From Candidatus Sericytochromatia bacterium (GTDB taxonomy: Bacteria > Cyanobacteriota > Sericytochromatia > S15B-MN24 > JAQBPE01): a stretch of DNA of 64,000 nucleotides. The notes under the pieces were generated by a model. The model was not told where the DNA came from. It worked only from the letters and a program-made list of their open reading frames with translations, and made no database searches. Within the stretch, counting starts at the first letter, position 1. Each line of letters starts with the position of its first letter. A program made the translations under genes and the position numbers. Shown here one piece after another: positions 35,648-45,243 of the stretch. The stretch spans positions 32,001-96,000 of the forward strand of contig JAYKHR010000026.1 of NCBI GenBank assembly GCA_035285125.1, written 5' to 3'.

Positions 35648-36337
35648 ATGGCCTTCCACAGCCCCGCCCGCTACGGTGTCATCGCCACAGCCTTCGTCGT
35701 CATCGTGACAGGCGGCTGCGGCACGATGCCCTACGCTGGGACGCCCGGCGACTACGGCTACCAGGACCCGTATGGGAGTGACCCCTATGGCGGTGGCTCG
35801 GGCTACGGAGGTGGCTCGGGCTATGGCGGCGGCTATGGCGGCGGCTATGGCTCGATGCCCACGGGCGGCACCTCGAACGGCTTCTACAACACCGTGCCGA
35901 CGCCCGCTCCCATCAGCGGCCAGCTTCAGGTCGGGCGGATCAGCAAGGACACCAAGGGGATGCTGTTCTGGAAGAAGCTGACGGTGTCGGGCCAGGTGGC
36001 GAACCCCTCGCAGGCCGTGCTCTCGGGCGAGCTCCAGATCAGCTTCATGCGGAAGGGCAAGCTCGTCGAGACCCAGACTGAGTTCGTGACGGACCTCGCG
36101 CCGGGCCAGACGCACGGCTTCACCCTGACCTCCAAGAAGGCGGCCGATGACGTGCAGGTCACCGTCACCTCGCTGCCCGCCCAGTCGCCTCCCGGTAACT
36201 ACGGGGGCGGCTCGGGCTACGGTTCAGGCTATGGCTCAGGCTCCGGCTACAACTCGGGATACGGATCCGGGAGCGGCTATGGCGGCGCCGCGAGCGGCTA
36301 TGGCGGTTCCGGGGGGTATGGCAGTGGACCGTACTGA
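35648..36337 (+). CDS. Gly/Tyr-rich lipoprotein with central Ig-like (FxLYD-like) domain
   Basis: AGGAGG SD, lipobox-like TGG-C, YGGGSG repeats flanking the VSGQVAN...LAPGQ domain. Confidence 0.8.
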   Translation: MAFHSPARYGVIATAFVVIVTGGCGTMPYAGTPGDYGYQDPYGSDPYGGGSGYGGGSGYGGGYGGGYGSMPTGGTSNGFYNTVPTPAPISGQLQVGRISKDTKGMLFWKKLTVSGQVANPSQAVLSGELQISFMRKGKLVETQTEFVTDLAPGQTHGFTLTSKKAADDVQVTVTSLPAQSPPGNYGGGSGYGSGYGSGSGYNSGYGSGSGYGGAASGYGGSGGYGSGPY

Positions 36338-36812
36338 GCGCGGCGCCCTCGCGGCGGCGATCGGTCTGAGCCTGCTGTTCGCCGGCTGCGGGCGGGTGTC
36401 CCCCGTCGGCGGGGTGCCGGCCTACGAGCCTCCCCCCGTGCAGGCGTTCGAGCCGTCCCCCTTGCCGGCAGCCACGCCGCAACCGCTCCCCCCTGCGCCC
36501 CCCCGGGCCGGGCTTCCTGCCCCCTGTGACCCGCTGGCCGGGTGCGACGTGCACGCCCAGCTGGTCGTGGGGGGCCTCGAGAAGAAGCGGTCCGGCTTCC
36601 TCTGGCGCAAGCTGCGCGTCAAGGGGACGGTCACCAACCGTGGCGGCCAGCCCCTCGATGGCGAGGTCGTGGTGCGCTTCAAGAAGGGCGGCCAGGTGGT
36701 GCAGAGCGAGTTTGTCGCGCTGGCTGCGCTGGCCCCAGGGCAGGTCCGGGCGGTCGAGATGGTGTCGGCCGTCGCGGCGGATGACGCCGAGGTTATGGCC
36801 CGCGTGCTCTGA
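36318..36812 (+). CDS. Pro-rich lipoprotein paralogue with FxLYD-like domain
   Basis: Lipobox FAG-C; WRKLRVKGTVTN...LAPGQ aligns with the upstream gene. Confidence 0.78.
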   Translation: MAVDRTERGALAAAIGLSLLFAGCGRVSPVGGVPAYEPPPVQAFEPSPLPAATPQPLPPAPPRAGLPAPCDPLAGCDVHAQLVVGGLEKKRSGFLWRKLRVKGTVTNRGGQPLDGEVVVRFKKGGQVVQSEFVALAALAPGQVRAVEMVSAVAADDAEVMARVL

Positions 36813-36912
36813 GGCTCGGCGGGGCACCGCTGGAATTGACAGCCCCGCCCGGCGCCCCTAGAATGGCGGCCCGCAGCCGAACGGCTGCCGTCCGACCAGA
36901 GGAGCACCCGCC

Positions 36913-37335
36913 ATGCAATCCATCTCACTGCGTCGCCAGGTCACCATCGTGGCCATCGTGACGGAACAGTTCCGTCAGCAAGCGACGGCCGAGCTTCAGC
37001 AGGGGCTCCAGCAACTCGATATGGAGGCGCAGCAGCTCGAGTTCCAGGGCAAGCGCGCGCTGGCCGACTTCGAGAAGCGCGGGGCCTCCTCGGCGGAGCT
37101 CGAAAACATCCGAGGCCAGCTCGAAGAGCAGCGGCAGCGCATCAAGTCCCAGAAGGGCGACCTGCTGGCCAAGCTCGACATGGTGGGCAAGCTCGAGACG
37201 GGTGGCGAGTTCATCCAGGGCACGGTGGACAACTTTGTGGACGTGAAGGTGGGGGACCACCTCTACGCCAAGCTCGCGAACCCGCAGGTGATCATCAAGG
37301 ACGGCATCGTCCAGGAGATCCGCGGCGAGGAGTAG
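36913..37335 (+). CDS. YlqD family protein
   Basis: LRRQVTIVAIVTE, coiled coil, QGTVDNFVDVKVGD...IIKDGIVQEIR; GAGGAG SD. Confidence 0.85.
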   Translation: MQSISLRRQVTIVAIVTEQFRQQATAELQQGLQQLDMEAQQLEFQGKRALADFEKRGASSAELENIRGQLEEQRQRIKSQKGDLLAKLDMVGKLETGGEFIQGTVDNFVDVKVGDHLYAKLANPQVIIKDGIVQEIRGEE

Positions 37336-37374
37336 GCCCGTCCCGGGCGGCCCGCTGCTGCGGCCCGCCCTGCC

Positions 37375-38199
37375 TCAGGCCGCCCCTTCGGAGCCGAGTT
37401 GCTCGGCCAGCAGTTGCATGGCCTGCTCGTGGGCGGGAGACATGTCGAAGTTGAGCAGCGCGTAGTAGGCCTCCAGGGCTTCGGGCTTCAGGCCGAGGCG
37501 TTGCGCAGCCTCCGAGATGATGGTGGGCATGGCGGCCCGTGCCGTCTCCCTCGAGCGAGCGAGGAGGCTCGTCAGCGATGCCTGGACCTCTGCGCGCAGG
37601 CTGCGGCGGCAGGCCCAGACCGTCGTCACGAAGGGCGTCTGCGTCAACTGCCACCAGGCCTGACCGAGGTCCAACCGGTGCGGCACGAGGTCCTGGGCGG
37701 CTGCCTGCACCGCGCGATCGCCGATCAGCAGCACGGCGGCGTGGGCGCGCAGCAACTCATCAGGCGCGCCTTCGTGCTCGACGAAGGCGGCATCGACCCC
37801 GAACACCCGCTCCATCAGCCACCTGACCAGCTCGGTGGAGGTGCCTCCCCGGGCCGGCACCGCGACGGTGGCGCCGCCGAGGCCCTGAAACGGCTCGTGG
37901 CTGAGCAGCGTCGCGCTGCCGAGCCTGCCCCAGGCGCTGATGGACAGGCCGGGGAGCATCTTCCAGGCGTCGCGGTGGCGCATGTACGCCAGGCTCGAGA
38001 CCGGGCTGACGTCGAGTTCGCCAGCGGCCATCCAGCCATCCAGGTCGCCGGGCAGCCCCGTGCGGAGAACGGCGTTTTCGGCACCCGGCAGGCCATTGCG
38101 GAGGGGCCACTGTACGGGCCAGCCGCTGACGAAGGCCAGTTCGCCAACGCGAAGGGGCGGTGTCACCTGAAGGGCCTCCTCGTCGAAGCGCATCGTCAC
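37375..38199 (-). CDS. mqnA: MqnA/MqnD family protein (chorismate dehydratase-like)
   Basis: GELDVSPVSS, LLIGDRA, DLGQAWWQLTQTPFV; some active-site positions divergent. Confidence 0.75.
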   Translation of the reverse strand: MTMRFDEEALQVTPPLRVGELAFVSGWPVQWPLRNGLPGAENAVLRTGLPGDLDGWMAAGELDVSPVSSLAYMRHRDAWKMLPGLSISAWGRLGSATLLSHEPFQGLGGATVAVPARGGTSTELVRWLMERVFGVDAAFVEHEGAPDELLRAHAAVLLIGDRAVQAAAQDLVPHRLDLGQAWWQLTQTPFVTTVWACRRSLRAEVQASLTSLLARSRETARAAMPTIISEAAQRLGLKPEALEAYYALLNFDMSPAHEQAMQLLAEQLGSEGAA

Positions 38200-38503
38200 T
38201 GGCGGGCTGCTGAGCCCGCGAGATTATACGAGAGGCAAGCGGGACCTGCAATCCGGGCGCTCAGGCCCAGATTCCGCATGGCCCTCAACCCCGTTGAAGC
38301 GGACCTTCCTCCAGCGGGTGAAGGGAGCTGGTCGCTTTCGCGCCACCTGGCTGAAGGTGGCTTTAACTCCCCTGGCCCTCTGGGAGAGGATGGCCGCAGG
38401 CCGGGTGAGGGGCCATCACGGCATCAAGGACACCGACTGCCCGGTTCACGCGGCGGGGGGTGGGGCATATAACCAGCAGGGCTGCTACACAAGGGGGGAT
38501 CCG

Positions 38504-39850
38504 ATGACTGACCCGCTCCGCACCGGTGCCACTGGCCCCGTCCGGCCGACGGCAGGGGCCACCCGCCCCAACGGCCCCGTCGCGGAAGGGGCCCCACCCG
38601 CTCCGGACCAGTTCGGTGCCCTCACGGCGCGCCCCCTCCTCTACCGGCCGGCGCCGCTGCTAGATTCGGCATCGAGGCCCGGCCGTCCCTTCGCGCCGTG
38701 GGTGCAGGATCGCGTCGAGTCGGTCGTCAACGCCGTCTTTGCGCAACTGCGGACGCGCACGGCGGGCGCGCCCCTGCGGACCGACACGGGCTGGGACCCC
38801 GCCAGCCAGGTGCCGCTGGACAACGGGGCCTTGCCTGCGGCCCCGGGCCGGCCCGTGCCTGGCGCGCCCGCCCCCGGCGCTGGCGAGGTGAAGCCCGCCG
38901 GCCTGCTCGACGGAAACACGCTGCTGCGCTACAACGCCGACGGCCAGCCCACGAACTACACGCTGCTCGATCAGGGGCCGACCAACGGCTGCGGCACCAC
39001 GAGCCTGGCGATGATCCTCAACTACTTCGCAGGTGGCCGGGCCGACTACAGCCGCGAGGAGGTGGACCGCTTCATTCGCCATAATGAACTGTTCACTTCG
39101 CCCAGCGACGTGGCGGAGTTCGCGGAGAAGCGCGGCTTCGAGGCCAGCGTGCACATCGGCACGACGCCGGACGACCTCCGGCGGATGGTCGACGCCGGCC
39201 TGCCGGTCCAGATCCTGATCGACGCCTCCAAGGGAGAGCGGGGCACGGGCCTCCACTACGAGGTGGTCACGGGCTACGGCACGGGGCCAGACGGCAAGCG
39301 CTACTTCGAGCTGACCAACCCGTGGGGAAACCGGGAGTACATGGCGGAGGACGTGTTGATGCGCAAGTGGACCAACGTCAAGGCCGGTCCCGTGCCGACA
39401 GCCCTGGACCGCGTGGCGATCGTGATGAAGCCGCCAGGTCACCCGGCCGTCCTTCCTGTCGACCACCGCGACGATCTCCAGGCCGCCTCAGTGGCGCTGC
39501 GCATCGCCCAGGGGCTCACCCAGATCTCCAGCGGCTGGTCACGCGGGGAGCCCCTCACCGTTCTGGCTGGCCTCGTGCGGGGCCTGGCCGGAGGCCTAGC
39601 CGGCCTGCCGGCGGTGTTGTTGGCTCCCGTCCATCGGTTCGGCGATGGCCTGATCGGCAGCGGGCGCGAGGCCCTGAAGCAGGGTGGCTGGGAGGCCGCA
39701 GCGGGGGGCTTGAAGCTGGTGGCGGGCCTGGCCGTGCGGGCGGCGATCCTGCCCATCGAGGCGGTCGCCAACGTGGCCTCGCTCGCCCTCGACAAGGCCG
39801 GTTCGGCCATCAAGGCCGCTGGCGACACGATCAAAGGCTGGTTCCGCTGA
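38504..39850 (+). CDS. C39-like cysteine peptidase with Pro-rich N-terminus and hydrophobic C-terminal helices
   Basis: QGPTNGCGTTSLAMILNY (Q...C), LHYEVVTGY (His), LTNPWG. Confidence 0.8.
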   Translation: MTDPLRTGATGPVRPTAGATRPNGPVAEGAPPAPDQFGALTARPLLYRPAPLLDSASRPGRPFAPWVQDRVESVVNAVFAQLRTRTAGAPLRTDTGWDPASQVPLDNGALPAAPGRPVPGAPAPGAGEVKPAGLLDGNTLLRYNADGQPTNYTLLDQGPTNGCGTTSLAMILNYFAGGRADYSREEVDRFIRHNELFTSPSDVAEFAEKRGFEASVHIGTTPDDLRRMVDAGLPVQILIDASKGERGTGLHYEVVTGYGTGPDGKRYFELTNPWGNREYMAEDVLMRKWTNVKAGPVPTALDRVAIVMKPPGHPAVLPVDHRDDLQAASVALRIAQGLTQISSGWSRGEPLTVLAGLVRGLAGGLAGLPAVLLAPVHRFGDGLIGSGREALKQGGWEAAAGGLKLVAGLAVRAAILPIEAVANVASLALDKAGSAIKAAGDTIKGWFR

Positions 39851-39898
39851 CGCGCCCAGCCGGCGCGTCAGCCTGCCGGGTCGTGTAACGCCAACGAG

Positions 39899-39926
39899 GA
39901 GGCCCCCCGAGGGGTCGGGGGGCCTC
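39899..39926. terminator. Hairpin between convergent genes
   Basis: gaggccccccga-gggg-tcggggggcctc, perfect 12-bp stem. Confidence 0.7.
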
Positions 39927-39941
39927 GCGCGGTGCAGGGCG

Positions 39942-40223
39942 TCAGCCGACCAGCATGCCGCCCCAGAGGTCCTGGTCGTCACGAAGCTTCTGCTCGTGCT
40001 CCGTCAGCCGAGCCAACACGCCCGTCAGTTCCTGAAGGCGGGCCTCGGCTTCCTGGATGACTCGCTGCTTCTCAGCGATGGCCTGACGAGCGCCCAGAAC
40101 CTCACCCTCGAGCAGGCGCATGCGGGTTCGGACCCTCTGGGCATCGGCCCGGATGTTGCGCAACATGGCCTCGTCCACCTCGATGTGGCGCTGGGCCTCC
40201 GTTCGAGTTGTATGATGCGACAT
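39942..40223 (-). CDS. Small coiled-coil hypothetical protein
   Basis: 93-aa heptad-rich ORF ending just before the shared hairpin. Confidence 0.6.
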   Translation of the reverse strand: MSHHTTRTEAQRHIEVDEAMLRNIRADAQRVRTRMRLLEGEVLGARQAIAEKQRVIQEAEARLQELTGVLARLTEHEQKLRDDQDLWGGMLVG

Positions 40224-40417
40224 GGTCCGTCCCATCCTTGTCGGCATCGGGCCGACGCTGGGCTGCTGCTGCTGCTGGCGGCGTTGCAGGATTGACGTCG
40301 CGACGGCTGGGGCGATCGAAGCTGAAGCTACGCTCGCATCATACCCGCCGGGGCCGGCCCATGAACCAGCTGCGGCGGCGGGATTCTTGACGCGAAATGA
40401 ACCTTCGTGGTAGGGGC

Positions 40418-42157
40418 CTACCCCCCGGGTTCCTCCTCCGCCTGCAGCCGGACCACCGCAGGGGCCGGGGAGGCCGTGGGCTCGAGCCGGTCTGCCACCA
40501 GTTGCACGCGGGTTTCACCCTGCCAGGTGTTCAGGCGCGGCCTGTACGTCAGGCGAATCCAGCCGCGCAGGTCCGCAGCCCGCTCCGCCTTGCCCCAGGC
40601 GATGACCTCACGCACCGACTCCCCATCGTCAACCTGCAGAAACAGGTGGTTTTTGACCACCCGTTGGCTGATAACGCGCGCCTTCAGGAGGCCGAAGACG
40701 GGTGCCGGGTTGCGCTGCCCGAACGGCTCGAGCAGGTCGAGCGCGTCGAGCAGCGTCGCGTCTGCCTCGAGAAAGGTCAGCTCTGCATCGAGTGTTACGG
40801 CGTCGGGCGGCCGTTGCCAGCCCACGGCCCGCACGTGATCGTTCAGCGACTGCCGCACGGCGGGCAGGGACGCTGCCAGCGTCGCACATCCCGCCGCCTG
40901 GGCGTGCCCCCCGAAGCCCATCAGGTGCTCGCGGGCCCCGTGCAAGGCCTCATACAGGTGGAGCCCCTCCGGGCTCCGGCCGGAGCCCTTCCAGGGGCCG
41001 TCGCCGTGCCCGGAAAAGAGCATCACGGGCACACGATAGCGGTCTTTGATCCGGCCGGCGATGATGCCCGTGATCCCGTGGTGGTAGCGGCTGTCTGCCA
41101 GCACGATGAAGGGCTCTGCCTCGAGGTCCCACGAGGCATCCAGCTCTGCGAAGATGGCCGCCTGAAGCTCCGCGGAAAGCTCCCTGCGCTCGCGGTTGAT
41201 CACGTCAAGGCGCTCCGCGTGGGCGGCCGCCTCCTCGCGGTCATTGGTGGTCAGCAGCTGGAAGCCCACGTCGGGGGTCTCAAGGCGTCCCGCCGCGTTG
41301 AGCCGGGGCACGAGCTGGAACGCCACGTCCTCGGCTCGCACCGAGGCCATGGGGGTCTTGGCCACCGTCGCCAGCGCCCCGAGCCCGGGAAACCGATGCC
41401 GGCTCTGGCGGAACCGCTCCAGCCCCGCCCACACGAGGGAGCGGTTGGGGCCGTCGAGGGGCACGACGTCGCCGATGGTGCCGATGCACGCGAGGTCCAG
41501 GAAGTGTGCCAACCGCGGGGTGAAGCCGCCCTCCAGGGCAACCACGAAGAGCAGGGCCACCCCAACGCCGGCAACGTCCCTCAGGTGCGGAAACTCCAGG
41601 GCGGGGTGGACAATGGCGGCGACGTCGGGGAGCACCTCGGGGGGTTGGTGGTGGTCAGTGACCACGATCTCCACGCCGAGGCGCCGGGCGGCCTCAGCCG
41701 CGCTGGTCGCCGAGATGCCGTTGTCGCACGTCAGCACCAGCTTGATGCCCTGGGCGGCGATGCGCTCGATGGCCGCCGCCGTCACGCCGTAGCCATCCTT
41801 GAATCGGTCCGGCAGGTACGCGGTGCACCGCGCCCCGAGCCCCCGCGCCAGGTAGCGGTAGAGCAGGGCCGTGCTGGTCACGCCGTCGCAGTCGTAATCC
41901 CCATAGATCACGAAGGGCTCCTGGCGATCGACGGCCTGCCGAATTCTGGCCACGGCCCGCTTCATTCCGGGGGTCTCCAACGGCGTGAGCCACCCGAGCC
42001 CCTCGCGGGCCGCCAGGAAGGCCTGGGCCACGGCAGGCGTGCGGTAGCCGCGCAGCCACAGCACCCGGGCCACCGCCAGCGGCACGCCGGTGGCGTCTCG
42101 GATGGCGGCCACCTCGCCGGCGTCCGCGGGGCGCACGCCCCACACGATCTCGCTCAA
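40418..42157 (-). CDS. recJ: Single-stranded DNA exonuclease RecJ
   Basis: YGDYDCDG, PDRFKDGYG, DNG, TDHH, PRLNAAGR, GGHAQAAG, LEPFGQRNP. Confidence 0.96.
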   Translation of the reverse strand: MSEIVWGVRPADAGEVAAIRDATGVPLAVARVLWLRGYRTPAVAQAFLAAREGLGWLTPLETPGMKRAVARIRQAVDRQEPFVIYGDYDCDGVTSTALLYRYLARGLGARCTAYLPDRFKDGYGVTAAAIERIAAQGIKLVLTCDNGISATSAAEAARRLGVEIVVTDHHQPPEVLPDVAAIVHPALEFPHLRDVAGVGVALLFVVALEGGFTPRLAHFLDLACIGTIGDVVPLDGPNRSLVWAGLERFRQSRHRFPGLGALATVAKTPMASVRAEDVAFQLVPRLNAAGRLETPDVGFQLLTTNDREEAAAHAERLDVINRERRELSAELQAAIFAELDASWDLEAEPFIVLADSRYHHGITGIIAGRIKDRYRVPVMLFSGHGDGPWKGSGRSPEGLHLYEALHGAREHLMGFGGHAQAAGCATLAASLPAVRQSLNDHVRAVGWQRPPDAVTLDAELTFLEADATLLDALDLLEPFGQRNPAPVFGLLKARVISQRVVKNHLFLQVDDGESVREVIAWGKAERAADLRGWIRLTYRPRLNTWQGETRVQLVADRLEPTASPAPAVVRLQAEEEPGG

Positions 42158-42218
42158 TGGTCTCCCTCCTCGCGTCCCTCAGGGTTGCGCGGGCGTGGGG
42201 CGCTGTCAAGCGGGTGGG

Positions 42219-43712
42219 TCAGCCGGCGGAGGGGAGCTCCAAGGAGGCCTGCTTGGCGCTTGCCGAGCGTTGGCCCCACAGGAAGTAGAGCGCCAGCCCG
42301 AGGGCCATCCAGACGGCGAAGCGGATCCAGACGGGGCCGGGCAGGCTGCTCATCAGCCAGAGGTTGATGCCGATGCCGGCCAGGGGCAACGCGGGCACCA
42401 GGGGCGCCCGGAACCCCCGGGGCAACTCAGGCGCCCGTTTCCGCAACACGATCACGGCGGCCGAGACGGCCGAGAAGGCGGCGAGGGTGCCGATGCTCAC
42501 GAGGTCCGCCAAGGCGTCCAGCGGCACGGTGGCAGCCAGGGCCGCTGTTACCACCCCGAGCAGCACGACGGAGGCCGCGGGGGAGCCTGAGCGCGGGTTG
42601 ACGCGCCCCATGAAGGCGGGCATCAGGCCGTCTCTCGCCATCACGAAGAGGATGCGGGTCTGGCCGATGGCCGCAACCAGGATGATGCTGAGGATGCCCA
42701 CCACGGCCACCACCGACAGCACGCCGGCGGCCAGCGGGTGGCCTGCCACCTCCAGGGCCTTCGCCAGGGGCTCCTGCAGCTCCTTGAGGGCTGCCAGCGG
42801 CAGGGTGCCGAGCAGCACGGCCGTGACGGAGACGTAGAGCGCAGCCACCAGCGCCAGCCCCACCACGATCGCGCGGGGCAGGTCACGTTGTGGGTCCTCG
42901 CACTCCTCCGCGACGGTTGACACGGCATCGAAGCCGATGAACAGGAAAAACAGGACGGCCGCGCCGCTGATCACGCCCTGGGCGCCGAAGGGGGCGAAGG
43001 GCGTGAAGTGGGCCTGCTGGACGGCTGGCAGGCACAAGGCGACGAACACCAGCAGCACCGCGACCTTCGCCACGACCATCGCGTTGTTGAAGCGGGCGCT
43101 CTCGCGGATGCCGAGCAACAGCAAGACCGTCGGCAGGCCCACCGCGATCGCCGCTGGGAGGTTCAGCCAGCCCACCTCGGCCACGGCTGGCGGCACCACG
43201 CCTGCGGCCTGGTACACGGCGTTCGGGATGGGGTGCCCCGTGGCGACCATCAGCGCGGGGGGGATGTGGACGTGCACCTGCGCCAGCAGCGTCTGGACAT
43301 AGCCGCCCCAGCCAGCCGCCACGGCGCTGTTGGACAGCCCGTACTCCAGCAACAGGTTCCAGCCAATCAGCCAGGCCGCCAGCTCGCCCAGCGTCACGTA
43401 GGTGTAGGTGTAGGCGCTGCCCGCGCTCGGCATCAGCACCGCGAGCTCGGCGTAGCACATCGCGGCGATGCCGCAGGCCACTGCGGCGAGCACGAAGGAC
43501 AGGAGGATGGCCGGGCCCGCGTGGGTGGCGGCCACAATGCCGGGCATCACGAAGATGCCCGCGCCGATGGTGCACCCGATGCCGATCGCCACCAGCGACC
43601 AGAACCCCAGCACGCGCTGCAGCCCGCCGCCGTGGCCGGCGACGTCCCGGGTCGTCGTGAGCGGCTTGCGTCGCAGCCAGGTGGGGAGCGGGGCGGGGGG
43701 CGGGGTGGACAC
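42219..43712 (-). CDS. APC-family amino acid permease
   Basis: GIGCTIGAGIF, AGSAYTY, FIGFDAV, PQRDLPRAI; many TM helices. Confidence 0.95.
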   Translation of the reverse strand: MSTPPPAPLPTWLRRKPLTTTRDVAGHGGGLQRVLGFWSLVAIGIGCTIGAGIFVMPGIVAATHAGPAILLSFVLAAVACGIAAMCYAELAVLMPSAGSAYTYTYVTLGELAAWLIGWNLLLEYGLSNSAVAAGWGGYVQTLLAQVHVHIPPALMVATGHPIPNAVYQAAGVVPPAVAEVGWLNLPAAIAVGLPTVLLLLGIRESARFNNAMVVAKVAVLLVFVALCLPAVQQAHFTPFAPFGAQGVISGAAVLFFLFIGFDAVSTVAEECEDPQRDLPRAIVVGLALVAALYVSVTAVLLGTLPLAALKELQEPLAKALEVAGHPLAAGVLSVVAVVGILSIILVAAIGQTRILFVMARDGLMPAFMGRVNPRSGSPAASVVLLGVVTAALAATVPLDALADLVSIGTLAAFSAVSAAVIVLRKRAPELPRGFRAPLVPALPLAGIGINLWLMSSLPGPVWIRFAVWMALGLALYFLWGQRSASAKQASLELPSAG

Positions 43713-43902
43713 GCGTGACCTCCGAGGGACCTGGGGCGCCGGCTCATTCTACCCGACGGGGGCGCCCGACCGTGGCTTCCTGCGACCGGGGCAGACGGCC
43801 GTTGGCTGGTCGGGGGGCCGCGCAGCGGCCGAGCCCGGGATCCCCGCTTCCCTGCCGCCGTGTTATGTTGGTGCCGTGCCCGCCCGATCGGATGAGTGCC
43901 CC

Positions 43903-45159
43903 ATGCCGCAACGCTTGCTTGCTCCGACCCTGCTCGCCCTGTGCCTCCTTGCGCCTGCGTTGCCGGCAACGGCGCGCTCGCTGCAGGCGAAAGGGCGCCC
44001 CGTGCCGTCTTCCGGGCCCTCGGCTGCCGCCCCTGCGAGCGGCGCCACGCCCCGCCCCGAGCCGCGCGTCCGCCTGCGAGACCTTGGTGTCCGGATCGGC
44101 CAGCTGCCGCCGGGGCGCTGGAACGCCATCACCGACGTGGCCGGGGTGAAGGTGGGCCACACCACCCTGGTCTCCGGCGAAGGGCCGCTGCGCGTCGGCG
44201 TCGGCCCGGTGCGCACCGGCGTCACCGCCATCGTGCCGCGGGACGACGTCTGGCGTCAGAAGGTCTTCGCGTCGGGCGTGGTGATCAACGGCAACGGCCT
44301 GCTGACGGCGCTGGACTGGATCAAGGAGGCCGGCTGCCTCGAGACGCCCATCGTGCTGACGGACACCCTGTCCGTCGGGCGTGTCAGCGACGCCGTCGTC
44401 ACCTGGATGATGCGCCGGTATCCGGCCATGGGCATCGATGACGACGTCGTGCTGCCTTGTGTGGGGGAGTGTGACGACGGGTTCCTCAACGACCAGCGCG
44501 GTCGCCACGTCCAGGAGCCCCACGTGCTGGCCGCCCTTGACGGGGCCCGCTCGGGGCCGGTGGAGGAGGGCGGCGTGGGGGCAGGCACCGGGATGGTGGC
44601 CTACCGCTTCAAGGCCGGCATCGGAACGGCGAGTCGCGTGCTGCCCAAGGCCAGGGGCGGGTGGACGGTGGGGGTGCTCGTGAACGCAAACATGGGCCGC
44701 CGCGAGGACCTCCGCATCGCGGGGGTGCCTGTCGGTGAGCGCATCCAGGACCTCATGCCCCGCCGCAAGCCCGGAGAGGGTTCGATCATCGTCGTGGTCG
44801 CCACCGACGCCCCTCTGCTGCCGCACCAGCTGGAGCGGGTTGCCCGGCGTGCCATTCTGGGCATCGGCAGGACGGGCAGCGTGGTGGCGCACTCCTCCGG
44901 CGACTTTGCTGTCGCCTTCTCCACCGCCGCCGTCGTGCCCCACGTGGCAGAGGCCCTCACGATGCCCCTCGCCGCCGTTAACAACGTGCACCTGACGCCC
45001 CTCTTCGCCGCGACGGTCGAGGCCACGGAGGAAGCCATCGGCAACGCCCTCACGATGGCGAGCACGACCACCGGGCGAGACGGGCACCTCGTGCACGCCC
45101 TGCCCCTCGATCGGGTGCGCCGGTTGCTGGAGGCCGCAGGCCAGAGGCCCCAGCGATGA
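43903..45159 (+). CDS. DmpA/P1 family (S58) aminopeptidase, secreted
   Basis: NAITDVAGVKVGH, GECDDGFLND, GSIIVVVATDAP autoproteolysis site, SSGD; signal peptide. Confidence 0.93.
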   Translation: MPQRLLAPTLLALCLLAPALPATARSLQAKGRPVPSSGPSAAAPASGATPRPEPRVRLRDLGVRIGQLPPGRWNAITDVAGVKVGHTTLVSGEGPLRVGVGPVRTGVTAIVPRDDVWRQKVFASGVVINGNGLLTALDWIKEAGCLETPIVLTDTLSVGRVSDAVVTWMMRRYPAMGIDDDVVLPCVGECDDGFLNDQRGRHVQEPHVLAALDGARSGPVEEGGVGAGTGMVAYRFKAGIGTASRVLPKARGGWTVGVLVNANMGRREDLRIAGVPVGERIQDLMPRRKPGEGSIIVVVATDAPLLPHQLERVARRAILGIGRTGSVVAHSSGDFAVAFSTAAVVPHVAEALTMPLAAVNNVHLTPLFAATVEATEEAIGNALTMASTTTGRDGHLVHALPLDRVRRLLEAAGQRPQR

Positions 45160-45243
45160 GCGCCGTGGCGGCCACCAGGCCGATCTGTTAAGGTGTTGCC
45201 GCCGGCGACAGCGTAGTCGGCAGGCGGTGGGGCGAGGGCCTCG

